Below, one piece after another: positions 49,824 to 59,341 of a DNA stretch of 64,000 bases. Location: contig OZ245046.1 of the NCBI GenBank assembly GCA_965224245.1, positions 256,001 through 320,000 on the forward strand, given 5' to 3'. Origin of the DNA: Candidatus Eiseniibacteriota bacterium (GTDB taxonomy: Bacteria; Eisenbacteria; RBG-16-71-46; CAZAMP01). Every line of letters starts with the position of its first letter. The stretch's first letter is position 1. Position numbers and translations under genes: made by a program. The notes under the pieces were generated by a model, which did not search any database, had not been told where the DNA came from, and saw nothing but the letters and a program-made list of their open reading frames with translations.

Positions 49824-50695
49824 GACGACGACACCGTCTTCGCCTCGGGATCGTCCTGGTCGCATCCGCGAGTGTGCACGCGGGGTGTGGCCTCGAGGAT
49901 CTCCATCTGGACCTGCGGTTCGACGGGCAGACCGAGGAGATCGGCCCCGTCTTCGTCGACCGGGAGCTCGTCGTCGTGAACGTGCCGGAGGGCGTCGCGT
50001 GGCCGCGAGGCGATCACTACTACCGATCGCTATGGCTCGATCCCGCGACGGAGAGCACGACTGTGGTGCCGATCCTGGATGGTCAGGTTCTGCTGCGTCG
50101 AAGGGGTCGCTTCGTCACGCCCCGCGATCCTCACGAGCCCCCGCTACGACCTGGCACGTCCCACACGCCGGGCCGGGGGAGGCTCGACGCGTCGTGGGAC
50201 GCGGCCACGGCCCAGTGGGTCTTCACGGCGACGCCGCTGACCACGGGCACGCTCGAGATCCCGACGGCTCCCGTGCTGCTCCGTCCATCGCCGGGAACCG
50301 ACCACGTCGGTCGCGACTCCCTGCGAGCCACCTGGAGGGCGCCCGGGTTCGAGAGTCCCGGGCGTGTCTGGCTGGTCGTAGCCGCGCCGGACACGGCGTG
50401 GAGCGTGGGTCGGTTCTACCCCGGCCCGGACAGCATGTCGATCGGCTTGCCCGCAATCGCACCGACCGATGCCGTTCTCGCCGCGGTGCTGCAGTCCGGG
50501 AACAGCTTCGAAGACCCGGCTCGCCCGCTTCACGATCAGGTCTTCGGCATGGCGGTGGTGGTCTGGTCCGAGCCGGTCCCGATTCGCGTGGGCGCTTCGG
50601 GCGTGGGCTCGGTGCCCGCACCGCGTCGGTCCGGAACGACGAGCGGCTGCGCCGAAGACGGTGGACCCCGCGGACCGAAGAGTGGGCATCGCTAG
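49820..50695 (+). CDS. hypothetical lipoprotein
   Basis: MRRRHRLRLGIVLVASASVHAGC lipoprotein-like signal. Confidence 0.6.
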   Translation: MRRRHRLRLGIVLVASASVHAGCGLEDLHLDLRFDGQTEEIGPVFVDRELVVVNVPEGVAWPRGDHYYRSLWLDPATESTTVVPILDGQVLLRRRGRFVTPRDPHEPPLRPGTSHTPGRGRLDASWDAATAQWVFTATPLTTGTLEIPTAPVLLRPSPGTDHVGRDSLRATWRAPGFESPGRVWLVVAAPDTAWSVGRFYPGPDSMSIGLPAIAPTDAVLAAVLQSGNSFEDPARPLHDQVFGMAVVVWSEPVPIRVGASGVGSVPAPRRSGTTSGCAEDGGPRGPKSGHR

Positions 50696-50741
50696 CGGAG
50701 CACGTGAGCACGCAACCGACCGCCGCGACGAAGGAGAGTCG

Positions 50742-51413
50742 ATGCACAAACGGTCATCGGGATGGCGTAGGTGGAGTCGATCGGCGACGGTCGCGTCGCT
50801 GGTCACCCTCGCGCTCGATCGCGTGTCCGCCGGAGCCGAGGTGGGCGCGGCTACTCCGCCGGCGCCCGGGAGCCCGCGTCCGGACGCCGCGGCCCACGGC
50901 GCCTCGCCGGCGACGAGCGGCGCGCATGGCTCTTCACTCTACTCGCTCGTTGGAACCGTGCTGCCGATGCTGGGCGGTATCGCCCTCGCGGTGAAGACCG
51001 ACGGCGGCGTGGCCAACACGGTCGCGTTCGCCGGCCTGTTCTGGGGCGGCGCCATCGTTGGTCCCTCGCTCGGCTACGTACACGGCGGAGCCACGCGCCG
51101 GGGGCTCGAGGGGCTCGCTTTGCGCGCCGGAGCCTTTGCGGTGGCATGGGCGCTGGCGCCCACGCACGACTTCGACGATGGGATCGTGCCCAACCCGTCC
51201 TTCAATCTCGCGACCGGCGAGGGCGGCGGCGATGTGGGCATCTGGATCCTCGCGACGGCGGGAATCCTCGTATCCGGCATCCACGACATCATTCGCGTCG
51301 ACGGGACCGTGGGCGCCCGGTCCGACCGAGTGAGCTCCTTGCACGCGACGGTGCTGCCGGACGCCGGCGGTAGTGGATGCCGCCTGGGCGTCGAGTGGCG
51401 GATCTCCTTCTAG
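50742..51413 (+). CDS. hypothetical membrane protein
   Basis: RBS AAGGAG; hydrophobic segments, VGPSLGY motif, C-terminal GVEWRISF. Confidence 0.65.
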   Translation: MHKRSSGWRRWSRSATVASLVTLALDRVSAGAEVGAATPPAPGSPRPDAAAHGASPATSGAHGSSLYSLVGTVLPMLGGIALAVKTDGGVANTVAFAGLFWGGAIVGPSLGYVHGGATRRGLEGLALRAGAFAVAWALAPTHDFDDGIVPNPSFNLATGEGGGDVGIWILATAGILVSGIHDIIRVDGTVGARSDRVSSLHATVLPDAGGSGCRLGVEWRISF

Positions 51414-51528
51414 CAGGTGGGAGCGGTCCGGCGTGCCCGTTGCAGGATCTCGGCGGGTATTACGAACTGATACTCGAACCGATACCCTCGATGCGACCGA
51501 CGTCGTTCCCATCCGAAGGAGCAGTCCG

Positions 51529-52320
51529 ATGACGCAAGACTCGCGTTCTCCCCGGTCCCCCAACGTCGATACCGAGGAGCTTCGCCGGGCCATTCGACAG
51601 GAGTACCAGGAGGTGGCCGACGATCCCGGAAAGGGGTTCCACTTCCACACCGGTCGCGCACTGATCGCGATCGTCGGCTACGAGGATGAGTGGCTCTCCG
51701 GAATCCCCGAATCGGCCATCGAGTCGTTCGCGGGCACCGGCAACCCCTTTGCCTTGGGCGAGCCCGCTGCGGGGGAGAGGGTCGTCGACGTCGGATCGGG
51801 AGGTGGGATCGACTCGCTCATCGCGGCTCGCATGGTGGGCCCGACGGGAGCCGTGGTCGGGATCGACATGACCCCGGAGATGCTCCGGAAGGCGCGCGCC
51901 GCCGCCGAGGAATCGGGGCTGGGCAACGTCGAGTTCCGTGACGCGTACATGGAGGCGCTGCCGGTGCCCGATGGGTGGGCCGACGTCGTGATCTCCAACG
52001 GTGTGCTGAACCTGACGCCCGACAAGGACACCGCCCTCGGTGAGATGTTCCGGGTGCTGCGCCCGGGAGGCCGGCTCCAGATCGCCGACATCCTGGTGGA
52101 TCGTCCGGTTCCGGAGGGCGCGAAGCGGGACATCGACCTCTGGACCGGGTGAATCGCCGGTGCTCTGCTGGAAGCAGAGCTGGAAGCCACCGTCCTCGCC
52201 GCGGGGTTCCGCGACTTCGAGATCACGTGGAAAGCCGAGGTGTTCGCCGGCGCGCCCCAGGCGTCGAGCGCCAGCGCGTTCGGCACCATGGGGATCAACT
52301 TCCGGGCGCGCAAGCCCTGA
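51529..52320 (+). CDS. ArsM-like SAM-dependent methyltransferase, probable selenoprotein (Sec TGA at 52150-52152)
   Basis: VVDVGSGGG, GIDMTPEML, DVVISNGVLNL; frame continues DLWTG-U-IAGAL..AAGFRDFEI..INFRARKP to a stop at 52318-52320; matches the ArsM W-x-G-C-(I/V)-A-G-A-L motif. Confidence 0.88.
52162..52180 (+). promoter_or_regulatory. putative bacterial SECIS hairpin of the ArsM-like gene
   Basis: GCTCTGC-TGGAA-GCAGAGC beginning 9 nt after the in-frame TGA. Confidence 0.75.
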
Positions 52321-52639
52321 GCCCGGCGATACCCGGTCGCCTCGTCGGCGGCGCGCGGTTGTGATTCCACGTCACCCGGCCCGGCTCTCCGCGTTCGGGA
52401 CGGTGGCGTGCGTTGCGTCGGCGAAACCTCGCGGCGGTCCACGACTTTGATGCCGATGCATCATGGCGTCCCCACGGCCCCGCCCCGAGAATGCTCGGCT
52501 GGACTCCATCATCGTCGAAGACCGATCGCGACCGTTGTGGCCCGGATCCGCGGTCCCCGTGCGCCGGAGTCCCCTGCGCAGGAGCCCGCGCAGACAGCTC
52601 GTCGGCTGGCCACGCTCCAACCCGTTCGGAGGCTTCGTC

Positions 52640-53455
52640 ATGTTGCCAGACATCACCCGCATCCTAGCCAGTGCCGTCGTCGTGGCGGCCATCATCCCGA
52701 CGACGGCCGCAGGGGTCGAACGAACGATCTGGACCAGCCCGCTCGGCGCCATCGTGGGGGACTCCCGCATGGCCGTCGCGCCGGGCATTCCGCTCTCGAG
52801 CATCCGGGTGACGTCGACGACCGCGGGCGATCTGCAGTGGGTGTGCTTCGGGCTGACCGTTCCCGAGGAGGCCCAGATCGTCGGCGTGCGGCTGTGCTAC
52901 GAGCTGGCCGATTCGAGGAGCTTCATCTCCCAGACGCGGATCACGCTGCTCACGACGCCGGACTTCGACCTCGCCGTCTACGACGACCCAACCGACCACA
53001 CCGATCCGGGACCCACGTGCTACTACTCGACTGCCGCGCCGGTGTTCGTCGAGGGGACCTGCACGCTGGAGCTGCGCCTGAACTTCGCGTCTCCGGACCA
53101 CTGGATCGACATCGGCGCGATCGGCATCGTGATCGACGACCCCACGATCGCCGCGCCCGACGTCGCGCTCTCCGAGAGCGGGATGCGGCTCGAGCAGAAC
53201 GTTCCGAACCCGTTCAATCCGCAGACGTCGATCCGCTACGCCGTCACCGCGGAGGACTGGATTCGCGTGGACATCCACGACGTTCAGGGGCGCCTCGTCC
53301 GCACGCTGGTCGATGACCTGCAGCAGCCCGCGCAGTACCACGTATCGTGGGACGGCACGGATGATGGTGGGAGTCCCCTGGCATCCGGTACGTACTACTA
53401 CACGGTACGGATCGGGAACGAGCAGGCCTCGCGCAAGATGGTGATGCTGAAGTAG
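52640..53455 (+). CDS. small secreted protein with C-terminal FlgD/T9SS-like sorting domain
   Basis: Signal peptide; LEQNVPNPFNPQTSIRY..WDGTDDGG..SGTYYY..RKMVMLK. Confidence 0.85.
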   Translation: MLPDITRILASAVVVAAIIPTTAAGVERTIWTSPLGAIVGDSRMAVAPGIPLSSIRVTSTTAGDLQWVCFGLTVPEEAQIVGVRLCYELADSRSFISQTRITLLTTPDFDLAVYDDPTDHTDPGPTCYYSTAAPVFVEGTCTLELRLNFASPDHWIDIGAIGIVIDDPTIAAPDVALSESGMRLEQNVPNPFNPQTSIRYAVTAEDWIRVDIHDVQGRLVRTLVDDLQQPAQYHVSWDGTDDGGSPLASGTYYYTVRIGNEQASRKMVMLK

Positions 53456-53493
53456 TCACGCGCCTTCCGGCACGCATCCGGCCGGACGAGAAC

Positions 53494-53521
53494 GGGGCCG
53501 AGCGGCGAACCGCTCGGCCCC
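53494..53521. terminator. bidirectional hairpin between convergent genes
   Basis: GGGGCCGAGCGG-CGAA-CCGCTCGGCCCC. Confidence 0.7.
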
Positions 53522-53570
53522 TTCCGATTCACGCCTCCGCGACGGGAGCGTCGGTCCTCCGTGGTTCGCG

Positions 53571-55511
53571 TCAGCGAATGATCACGAGGCGTCCCGTGTG
53601 AACCTCGGACGGCGTCCGAAGCCTGTAGAAGTAAATGCCGCCCGGCACGGCGTTGCCGCTCTCGTCACGGCCGTCCCACTCGGCGTGATGCAGGCCCGCG
53701 GCCGTGAAGCCGCTGGCCAGCGAGCGGATCTCCCGTCCGTTCACGTCGAAGACGCCCAGCTCGACCGAGGCGCCGGTCTCCAGCCAGAATCCGATGTGCG
53801 TGTCGGTGTGGAACGGGTTCGGGTCCACGTTCACGGCGGTGGACCGTGCGAGGCGTGATCCGTCGCAGCCCGCCGTGCAGCTGTTGCCATCCTCGTCACA
53901 GGTCTGCTCGTTCGCCCCGGCATCGTACGTGAGGCCGGCACCCGAGACGCCGGTCACCGTGAACGCCCAGCAGTAGCTGCTCGCATTGCGGACGCGATCC
54001 GAGTCCAGCGTCACCTGGCCGCTTCCGTCGGTCACGCCGCTCTCGGTGCTGGACGTGGTTCCGGCGTAGGTACCCGTGACCGTTGCGTTCGCCTGCGGTC
54101 CATGGGTCGACGTGTGGACGGAGACCGTCGTGCGCGCTCGCGTCCACGGGCCCTGCTGCACGATCGAGAGCGACACCGCGCCCACGTGAACCGCGTCCGC
54201 CGGCGGGCAGGCATCGGTCGACGTCGTCGCCGTGTTCGAGTAGGCGGACGTTCCGGCGCAGTTGGACGCCGACACCCGGTACGAGTAGCTCGTGTCGCAG
54301 GTGAGACCGGAGTCGTGGTAGCTCGTCGTGTTCGCGCCGACCGTCGCGATCTGGGTGAAGCCGCCGCCGGAGTCGCGTTCGATGGCGAACTGGTCCTCGT
54401 CGGAGCTGGCGTCGGTCCAGCTCAGGTCGATCTCGGTGTCACTGGCGGCCGTCGCGGAGAGACCGGTCGGTGCGGTGGGCGGACCCGTCGCCTCACAGCC
54501 GCTCAGCCAGCCCGGCGTGGCGGCGGCGGACCAGCAGTGCATGCGACTGACCTGCTGACTGGTGAACGTGTCGTAGCACGAGTCAGGGGCGTAGCCCATG
54601 TAGTTCTCGGGCTGCGTGGCTCCCCACGCCGTTCCCTGACAGTCGCTGCCCCCAGGCGGCGAGCAGTTGTAGTTCGTCGGGGTCGGCGGCGTGTCCGAGC
54701 AGAAGTCCCCGCGCACGTCACCCTCGACACCGGACGCAAACTCGTAGCAGCTGCCGCACGACGTGACCTCGCTGACCCCGTGGTGCGTGTGCCAGAGACC
54801 GAGGCAGTGTCCCATCTCGTGCGCGGCCGTCTTCTGGCCCGCTCCCCAGTACGCCGAGTTCATCCACAGGCCACCCCGGTTCGTCAGCGCGTCCGGATCC
54901 CAGGGGAACGTGCCGATACCCAGGAGAACGCCGAACGGGCTCGAGTCCTGGCAGGAAATGAAGATGTTGCAGCTGTTCGCGGGATCTTCCGCGTACTGAT
55001 CCTTCATGGCCAGGATGTCCGCGTACCACGTCGAGTTGTACGGGTGATACTTGGTGATGCAGTGGAAGTCGTTGTCGTTGTGAAAGCGGGTGGCCACGAG
55101 ATTGAAGGAGATGCCGGTGCCCGCGTAGTCCGCGGCGAGCTGAGCCATCCCGGCGTCGACCTCCGCCTGACCGACGCCGCTCGGGCCCTGGCCCGACGAG
55201 CTGTTCATGACGTGCACGATGACGTTGACGGTCTTGGCGGAGGTCGACGTTCCGTCGCGTGTCGCCGGAACGTCGCAGGCGCCTTCGGTGGGGCAGCCAC
55301 TCCCCCGAAACGTGTCGTCGGAGATGCCGACGCGCTCGTAATATAGGTCCGTGGTCGGGCACAGGAAGGGGACGGTCTGTCCCGTCTCCGGATCCACGGC
55401 GGGTTGCTCGGGAATTGCGGTTGCCGATCCCGCCCCCACGAGACAGGCGACAACCCCGACGATCCAGCGACCGAGTCGAAGAGACGAACGCTGACCGGAT
55501 CTGCTACTCAT
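53571..55511 (-). CDS. M43 (pappalysin/ulilysin-like) zinc metalloprotease with FN3 domain and C-terminal sorting domain
   Basis: HEMGHCLGLWHT, GDFCSDTPP, ENYMGY, FTSQQVSRM; FN3 (APTGLSAT..LSWTD..YSYRVSA); PNPF..WDGRD..GIYFYRL. Confidence 0.92.
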   Translation of the reverse strand: MSSRSGQRSSLRLGRWIVGVVACLVGAGSATAIPEQPAVDPETGQTVPFLCPTTDLYYERVGISDDTFRGSGCPTEGACDVPATRDGTSTSAKTVNVIVHVMNSSSGQGPSGVGQAEVDAGMAQLAADYAGTGISFNLVATRFHNDNDFHCITKYHPYNSTWYADILAMKDQYAEDPANSCNIFISCQDSSPFGVLLGIGTFPWDPDALTNRGGLWMNSAYWGAGQKTAAHEMGHCLGLWHTHHGVSEVTSCGSCYEFASGVEGDVRGDFCSDTPPTPTNYNCSPPGGSDCQGTAWGATQPENYMGYAPDSCYDTFTSQQVSRMHCWSAAATPGWLSGCEATGPPTAPTGLSATAASDTEIDLSWTDASSDEDQFAIERDSGGGFTQIATVGANTTSYHDSGLTCDTSYSYRVSASNCAGTSAYSNTATTSTDACPPADAVHVGAVSLSIVQQGPWTRARTTVSVHTSTHGPQANATVTGTYAGTTSSTESGVTDGSGQVTLDSDRVRNASSYCWAFTVTGVSGAGLTYDAGANEQTCDEDGNSCTAGCDGSRLARSTAVNVDPNPFHTDTHIGFWLETGASVELGVFDVNGREIRSLASGFTAAGLHHAEWDGRDESGNAVPGGIYFYRLRTPSEVHTGRLVIIR

Positions 55512-55641
55512 CGCTCCCCCTTGGTGAGAATCGTGCGAGGCGGATCGGGTGTACCCCGGCCGCCTCGTGCACGTGTTGGCTCAGTCTATTGAATACAGAC
55601 GCCGAGGGTACCATCAATCCCGCGACGAGTCGTGGTGCATG

Positions 55642-57078
55642 TCACCGCTCATCCGATCCGGTGCACGTGTGACAGCGGGCGCCGAGCTCGCGGACGACGT
55701 CGACCAGCGCGTCGACGTCCTCGGGCCGGATCCGCCAGCTCGCGATCGCGGGGCGGAGCGCCACCTTCCCGCCCTGCGTCGTAGTCCCCGCGTAGACGCG
55801 TCCGTCGGCCAGCAGCTCCTCGCCGAGTCGGCGATTGAGTGCGTTCAGCCGCTCCTCGGACAGCCCACGCGGGTTGTAGCGGAAGCACACGATGTTGAGC
55901 GGGACCTCGGCCAGACGTTCGAGGTCGGACGCGGCGTCGACGCGGTCGGCCAGCCGCTGTGCGAGGTCGAGATGCGACTCGATGAGGTCGCGATAGCCGC
56001 TCCGGCCGTAGGCGTAAAGCGTGGCCCATACCGCGAGGGAGCGGGCGCGCCGTGAGCTCTCTGGCCCGATCGAACCCATGTTCGGTCCGGCGTCGGCGTC
56101 CGGAAGGTATGCGCCGGAGTAAGTGAACGACCGCTCCATCACGCCTCGGTCTCGTACGAATGCGAAGCCGCAGTCGTATGGCACGTTGAGCCACTTGTGT
56201 CCGTCGACGGTGATCGAGTCGGCGCGTTCCGCGCCCGCCGCGAGATGCGCGGTGCGGGGGCTCACCCGGGCGAAGAGGCCGAACGCGCCGTCGACGTGAA
56301 GCCACGCGCCATGGGTCTCCGCCAGCTCCGCCATCGTGTCGATCGGATCGAAGTCGCCGGCGTTCACCTCGCCCGCGTTGCCGATCAGGATCGCGGGGGC
56401 GCCGCGGAGCCGCTCGAGCTCCGTCCGGAGCGCATCCACGTCGAGCCGTCCCACCGCGTCCCGCGAGAACGTCCGGACGGAGGAGCGTCCCATCCCCAGC
56501 ATCCCGATCGCCTTCCGGGCACTCGCGTGGACGTAGCCGCTGGAGAAGACCGGCGCCTGAGGAAGGCCCTGGAGCCCGTCGGTCCCGATGTCGACCCCGT
56601 GCCGCTCGCCCCACCACTGCCGGGCCGCGGTGAGCCCGACGACGTTCGCCATCGTGGCGCCGGAGACCATGACGCCGGTCATCGACGACGGGAGCCCGAG
56701 GAGGGTCTTCAGCCAGCCGAGACTCAAGAGCTCCAGCGACAGTGCCAGCGGGGAGGAAACCCATGCGTATGCGCATTGATCGAGGGCGGTGGTCAGCCAG
56801 TCGGCGCCGAGCGCCGCCGGCGTGGTCCCGCCGATCACGAAGTGGAAGAACCGAGAGCCCGCCGAGTGGGCCGCGCCGTCGAGCCCGCCCGCCAGGCGCC
56901 GTAGCGCGTTCACGGCGCCGTGTCCGTCCTCCGGGAACGCCTCGTCGAACGCGCGCGCGACCGCCTCGGCATTCGGGGCACGAGCCGCCCTGCCGTCGAC
57001 CCCGGCCAGATACTGCGTGGCCTCGGCGATCGCGTCCGTGATCACGGCCTCGATCTCGGCCCGGCTCGGGCGCACCAT
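55642..57078 (-). CDS. group II PLP-dependent decarboxylase (aromatic/acidic amino acid decarboxylase family)
   Basis: WLHVDGAFG, DSITVDGHKWLNVPYDCG, SRRARSL; RBS GAGGAG. Confidence 0.92.
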   Translation of the reverse strand: MVRPSRAEIEAVITDAIAEATQYLAGVDGRAARAPNAEAVARAFDEAFPEDGHGAVNALRRLAGGLDGAAHSAGSRFFHFVIGGTTPAALGADWLTTALDQCAYAWVSSPLALSLELLSLGWLKTLLGLPSSMTGVMVSGATMANVVGLTAARQWWGERHGVDIGTDGLQGLPQAPVFSSGYVHASARKAIGMLGMGRSSVRTFSRDAVGRLDVDALRTELERLRGAPAILIGNAGEVNAGDFDPIDTMAELAETHGAWLHVDGAFGLFARVSPRTAHLAAGAERADSITVDGHKWLNVPYDCGFAFVRDRGVMERSFTYSGAYLPDADAGPNMGSIGPESSRRARSLAVWATLYAYGRSGYRDLIESHLDLAQRLADRVDAASDLERLAEVPLNIVCFRYNPRGLSEERLNALNRRLGEELLADGRVYAGTTTQGGKVALRPAIASWRIRPEDVDALVDVVRELGARCHTCTGSDER

Positions 57079-57279
57079 GACATCTCCTCGTTCTGGATCG
57101 GACGACGGTGGAGTCGCGGCCCCAGCACGGCTCGCCGACGGCAGCGCGACGCCGGCCGCCGGCCCGCGGGGGCGCTCACGCTTCACGACGTCCGGGGACG
57201 TCCGGTCGAGTGATACACTGTAGCGAACTTCAGCCAGCAGGGGGATCTCATCGATCGCCGTCTCGTCGTCGCTCTGGTC

Positions 57280-59133
57280 GTGACCGTGGTAGCCGTCGCC
57301 GCCGTGGCCATGATCATGCGGGTTCTGGAGGGTGATGCCGGCGCGGACCTGCCGCCGATCGATCCCGAGGTCATCCCCGCCGACGGGTACGTCGGCTCCG
57401 ACGCCTGCCGCTCCTGCCACGAGCGCGAGCACACGGCCTGGCATGCCTCCTACCACCGGTCGATGACCCAGCTCGCCAGCCCCGCGTCGGTTCTGGCTCC
57501 ATTCGACGGCACCGAGCTCGCACTGGAGGGCGTGACGTGGCGGCTGAGCCGTCGCGGTGACACGTTCTGGGTGAACGGTCGCGAGCGACATCCGGAGACC
57601 GGCGAGATCGTCCAGCTCGAACGGCGCATCGTCATGACGACCGGTTCGCACAACTACCAGATGTACTGGATGGAGTCCGCCGGATCGGGCATGGCGCCGT
57701 TTCCACTGGTGTACCTCCTGTACGACCGCGTGTGGATTCCGCGCAAGTCGCGCTTTCTCGCACCTCCCGCCGAGCGGACGCCGATCGAGACCGGCCGGTG
57801 GAGCGTTCACTGCATCAAGTGCCACGCGACGCACGGTCAGCCCCGCCACGGTCCGCTCGAGGAGACCCGCGTGGCCGAGCTCGGGATCAGCTGCGAGATG
57901 TGCCACGGCCCGGGCCAGGAGCACGTGCGACGGCACGGCTCGCTGTTCCGGCGACTCGGGCTCTCCCGAGACGGGGGGCCGGACTCGACGATCGCGAACC
58001 CCGAACGTCTACCACATGATCGATCCGCCGAGGTCTGCGGCCAGTGTCACAGCATCGAGGTGTTCCTGACCCGCGAGGATGCGTTCGACTGGCAACACGA
58101 GGGGAGCCGATACCGGCCCGGGGATCGGCTCGAGGAGTTCCAGACGATCGTGTCCGGCCGTCTCGAGGAGAACCCGCCGGAGGTCCGCGAGTACCTCGAC
58201 CAGCATCCGATCTTTCGGCTTCAGAACTGCTTCTGGTCCGACGGCGTGCTCCGCGTGACGGGCCGCGAGCTCCACGGTCTGAAGGAGACACCCTGCTACC
58301 AGCGCGGTGAGCTGAGCTGCATCTCGTGTCATCGGCTGCACCGCGCCGACCGGGATGATCGATCACTGGAGGAGTGGGCCGACGATCAGCTGCGCCGGGA
58401 CATGCGCGGGAACGAGGCCTGCACGCAGTGCCACTCGCGGTACCGCGATCCCGGCGTGCTCGCCGCTCACACTCACCATCCACTGGACTCGTCGGGCAGC
58501 GCGTGCCAGAACTGCCACATGCCGTACACGACGTGGGGTCTGCTCCGCGCGATTCGGAGCCACACCGTGGAGTCCCCGAGCGTGCGGACGAGTCTCGAGA
58601 CCGGCCGGCCGAACGCCTGCAACCAGTGTCATCTGGATCGCACGATGCGGTGGGCGGCCGAGACGCTGCACGACTGGTACGGCACCGAGATCCCCGAGAT
58701 GTCCGACGACGAAGGAACCGTGGCCGCCTCGATCCTGTGGGCGCTGTCCGGTGATGCGGTCCAGCGTGCGCTCATGGCATGGAGCATGGGCTGGGAGCCG
58801 GCGCGCGAGGTCTCCGGCGCGCAGTGGATGGTGCCGTTTCTCTGCACGCTCCTCGTGGATCCGTACGATGCGGTTCGCTTCAGCGCCCAGCGCTCGCTCC
58901 GGGGCTACCCCGAGTATCGCGGTCTGACCGCCGACTCGCTGCGCGCGGCGTCGAAGGAGCGACAGTCCGCGATGATGAGCGCCGTTCTCACCGACTGGAG
59001 CAACGGGCTACCGGCGAGCGCGGGCCGGGTCGGCTCACAGCTTCTACTCCTGGCCGACGGTCGGATGAACCTGGAGAAGCTCCGGAGCCTGGCCGCGTTG
59101 CGAAACGACCGCGACCTCGTCCTCTTCGAGTGA
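57280..59133 (+). CDS. membrane-anchored octaheme c-type cytochrome
   Basis: Eight CxxCH motifs: CRSCH, CIKCH, CEMCH, CGQCH, CISCH, CTQCH, CQNCH, CNQCH; N-terminal hydrophobic anchor; start uncertain. Confidence 0.9.
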   Translation: MTVVAVAAVAMIMRVLEGDAGADLPPIDPEVIPADGYVGSDACRSCHEREHTAWHASYHRSMTQLASPASVLAPFDGTELALEGVTWRLSRRGDTFWVNGRERHPETGEIVQLERRIVMTTGSHNYQMYWMESAGSGMAPFPLVYLLYDRVWIPRKSRFLAPPAERTPIETGRWSVHCIKCHATHGQPRHGPLEETRVAELGISCEMCHGPGQEHVRRHGSLFRRLGLSRDGGPDSTIANPERLPHDRSAEVCGQCHSIEVFLTREDAFDWQHEGSRYRPGDRLEEFQTIVSGRLEENPPEVREYLDQHPIFRLQNCFWSDGVLRVTGRELHGLKETPCYQRGELSCISCHRLHRADRDDRSLEEWADDQLRRDMRGNEACTQCHSRYRDPGVLAAHTHHPLDSSGSACQNCHMPYTTWGLLRAIRSHTVESPSVRTSLETGRPNACNQCHLDRTMRWAAETLHDWYGTEIPEMSDDEGTVAASILWALSGDAVQRALMAWSMGWEPAREVSGAQWMVPFLCTLLVDPYDAVRFSAQRSLRGYPEYRGLTADSLRAASKERQSAMMSAVLTDWSNGLPASAGRVGSQLLLLADGRMNLEKLRSLAALRNDRDLVLFE

Positions 59134-59341
59134 CGCCCGATCGGTGGGTGACGCGCGGTGGGTGGGCGAGCCGGTCCGACGACCCGAGCGGGTTGCCCGG
59201 ATCCGGCGCTGGCCCTAGAATCGGTCCCAGGGTCGATTCTCCGCCGGATTGCCTCGTCGACAGCCGTTCGCGCCGCGTGTCGCGGCAGTGGACCATCACG
59301 ACGACGCCCGGGCGTCGTCACGTCCTGACGTGGGAGGTCAC

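Noticed and set aside
51529-52320. Assigning the gene symbol arsM / arsenic resistance
   Set aside because: The other conserved ArsM cysteines are absent and there is no ars operon context.
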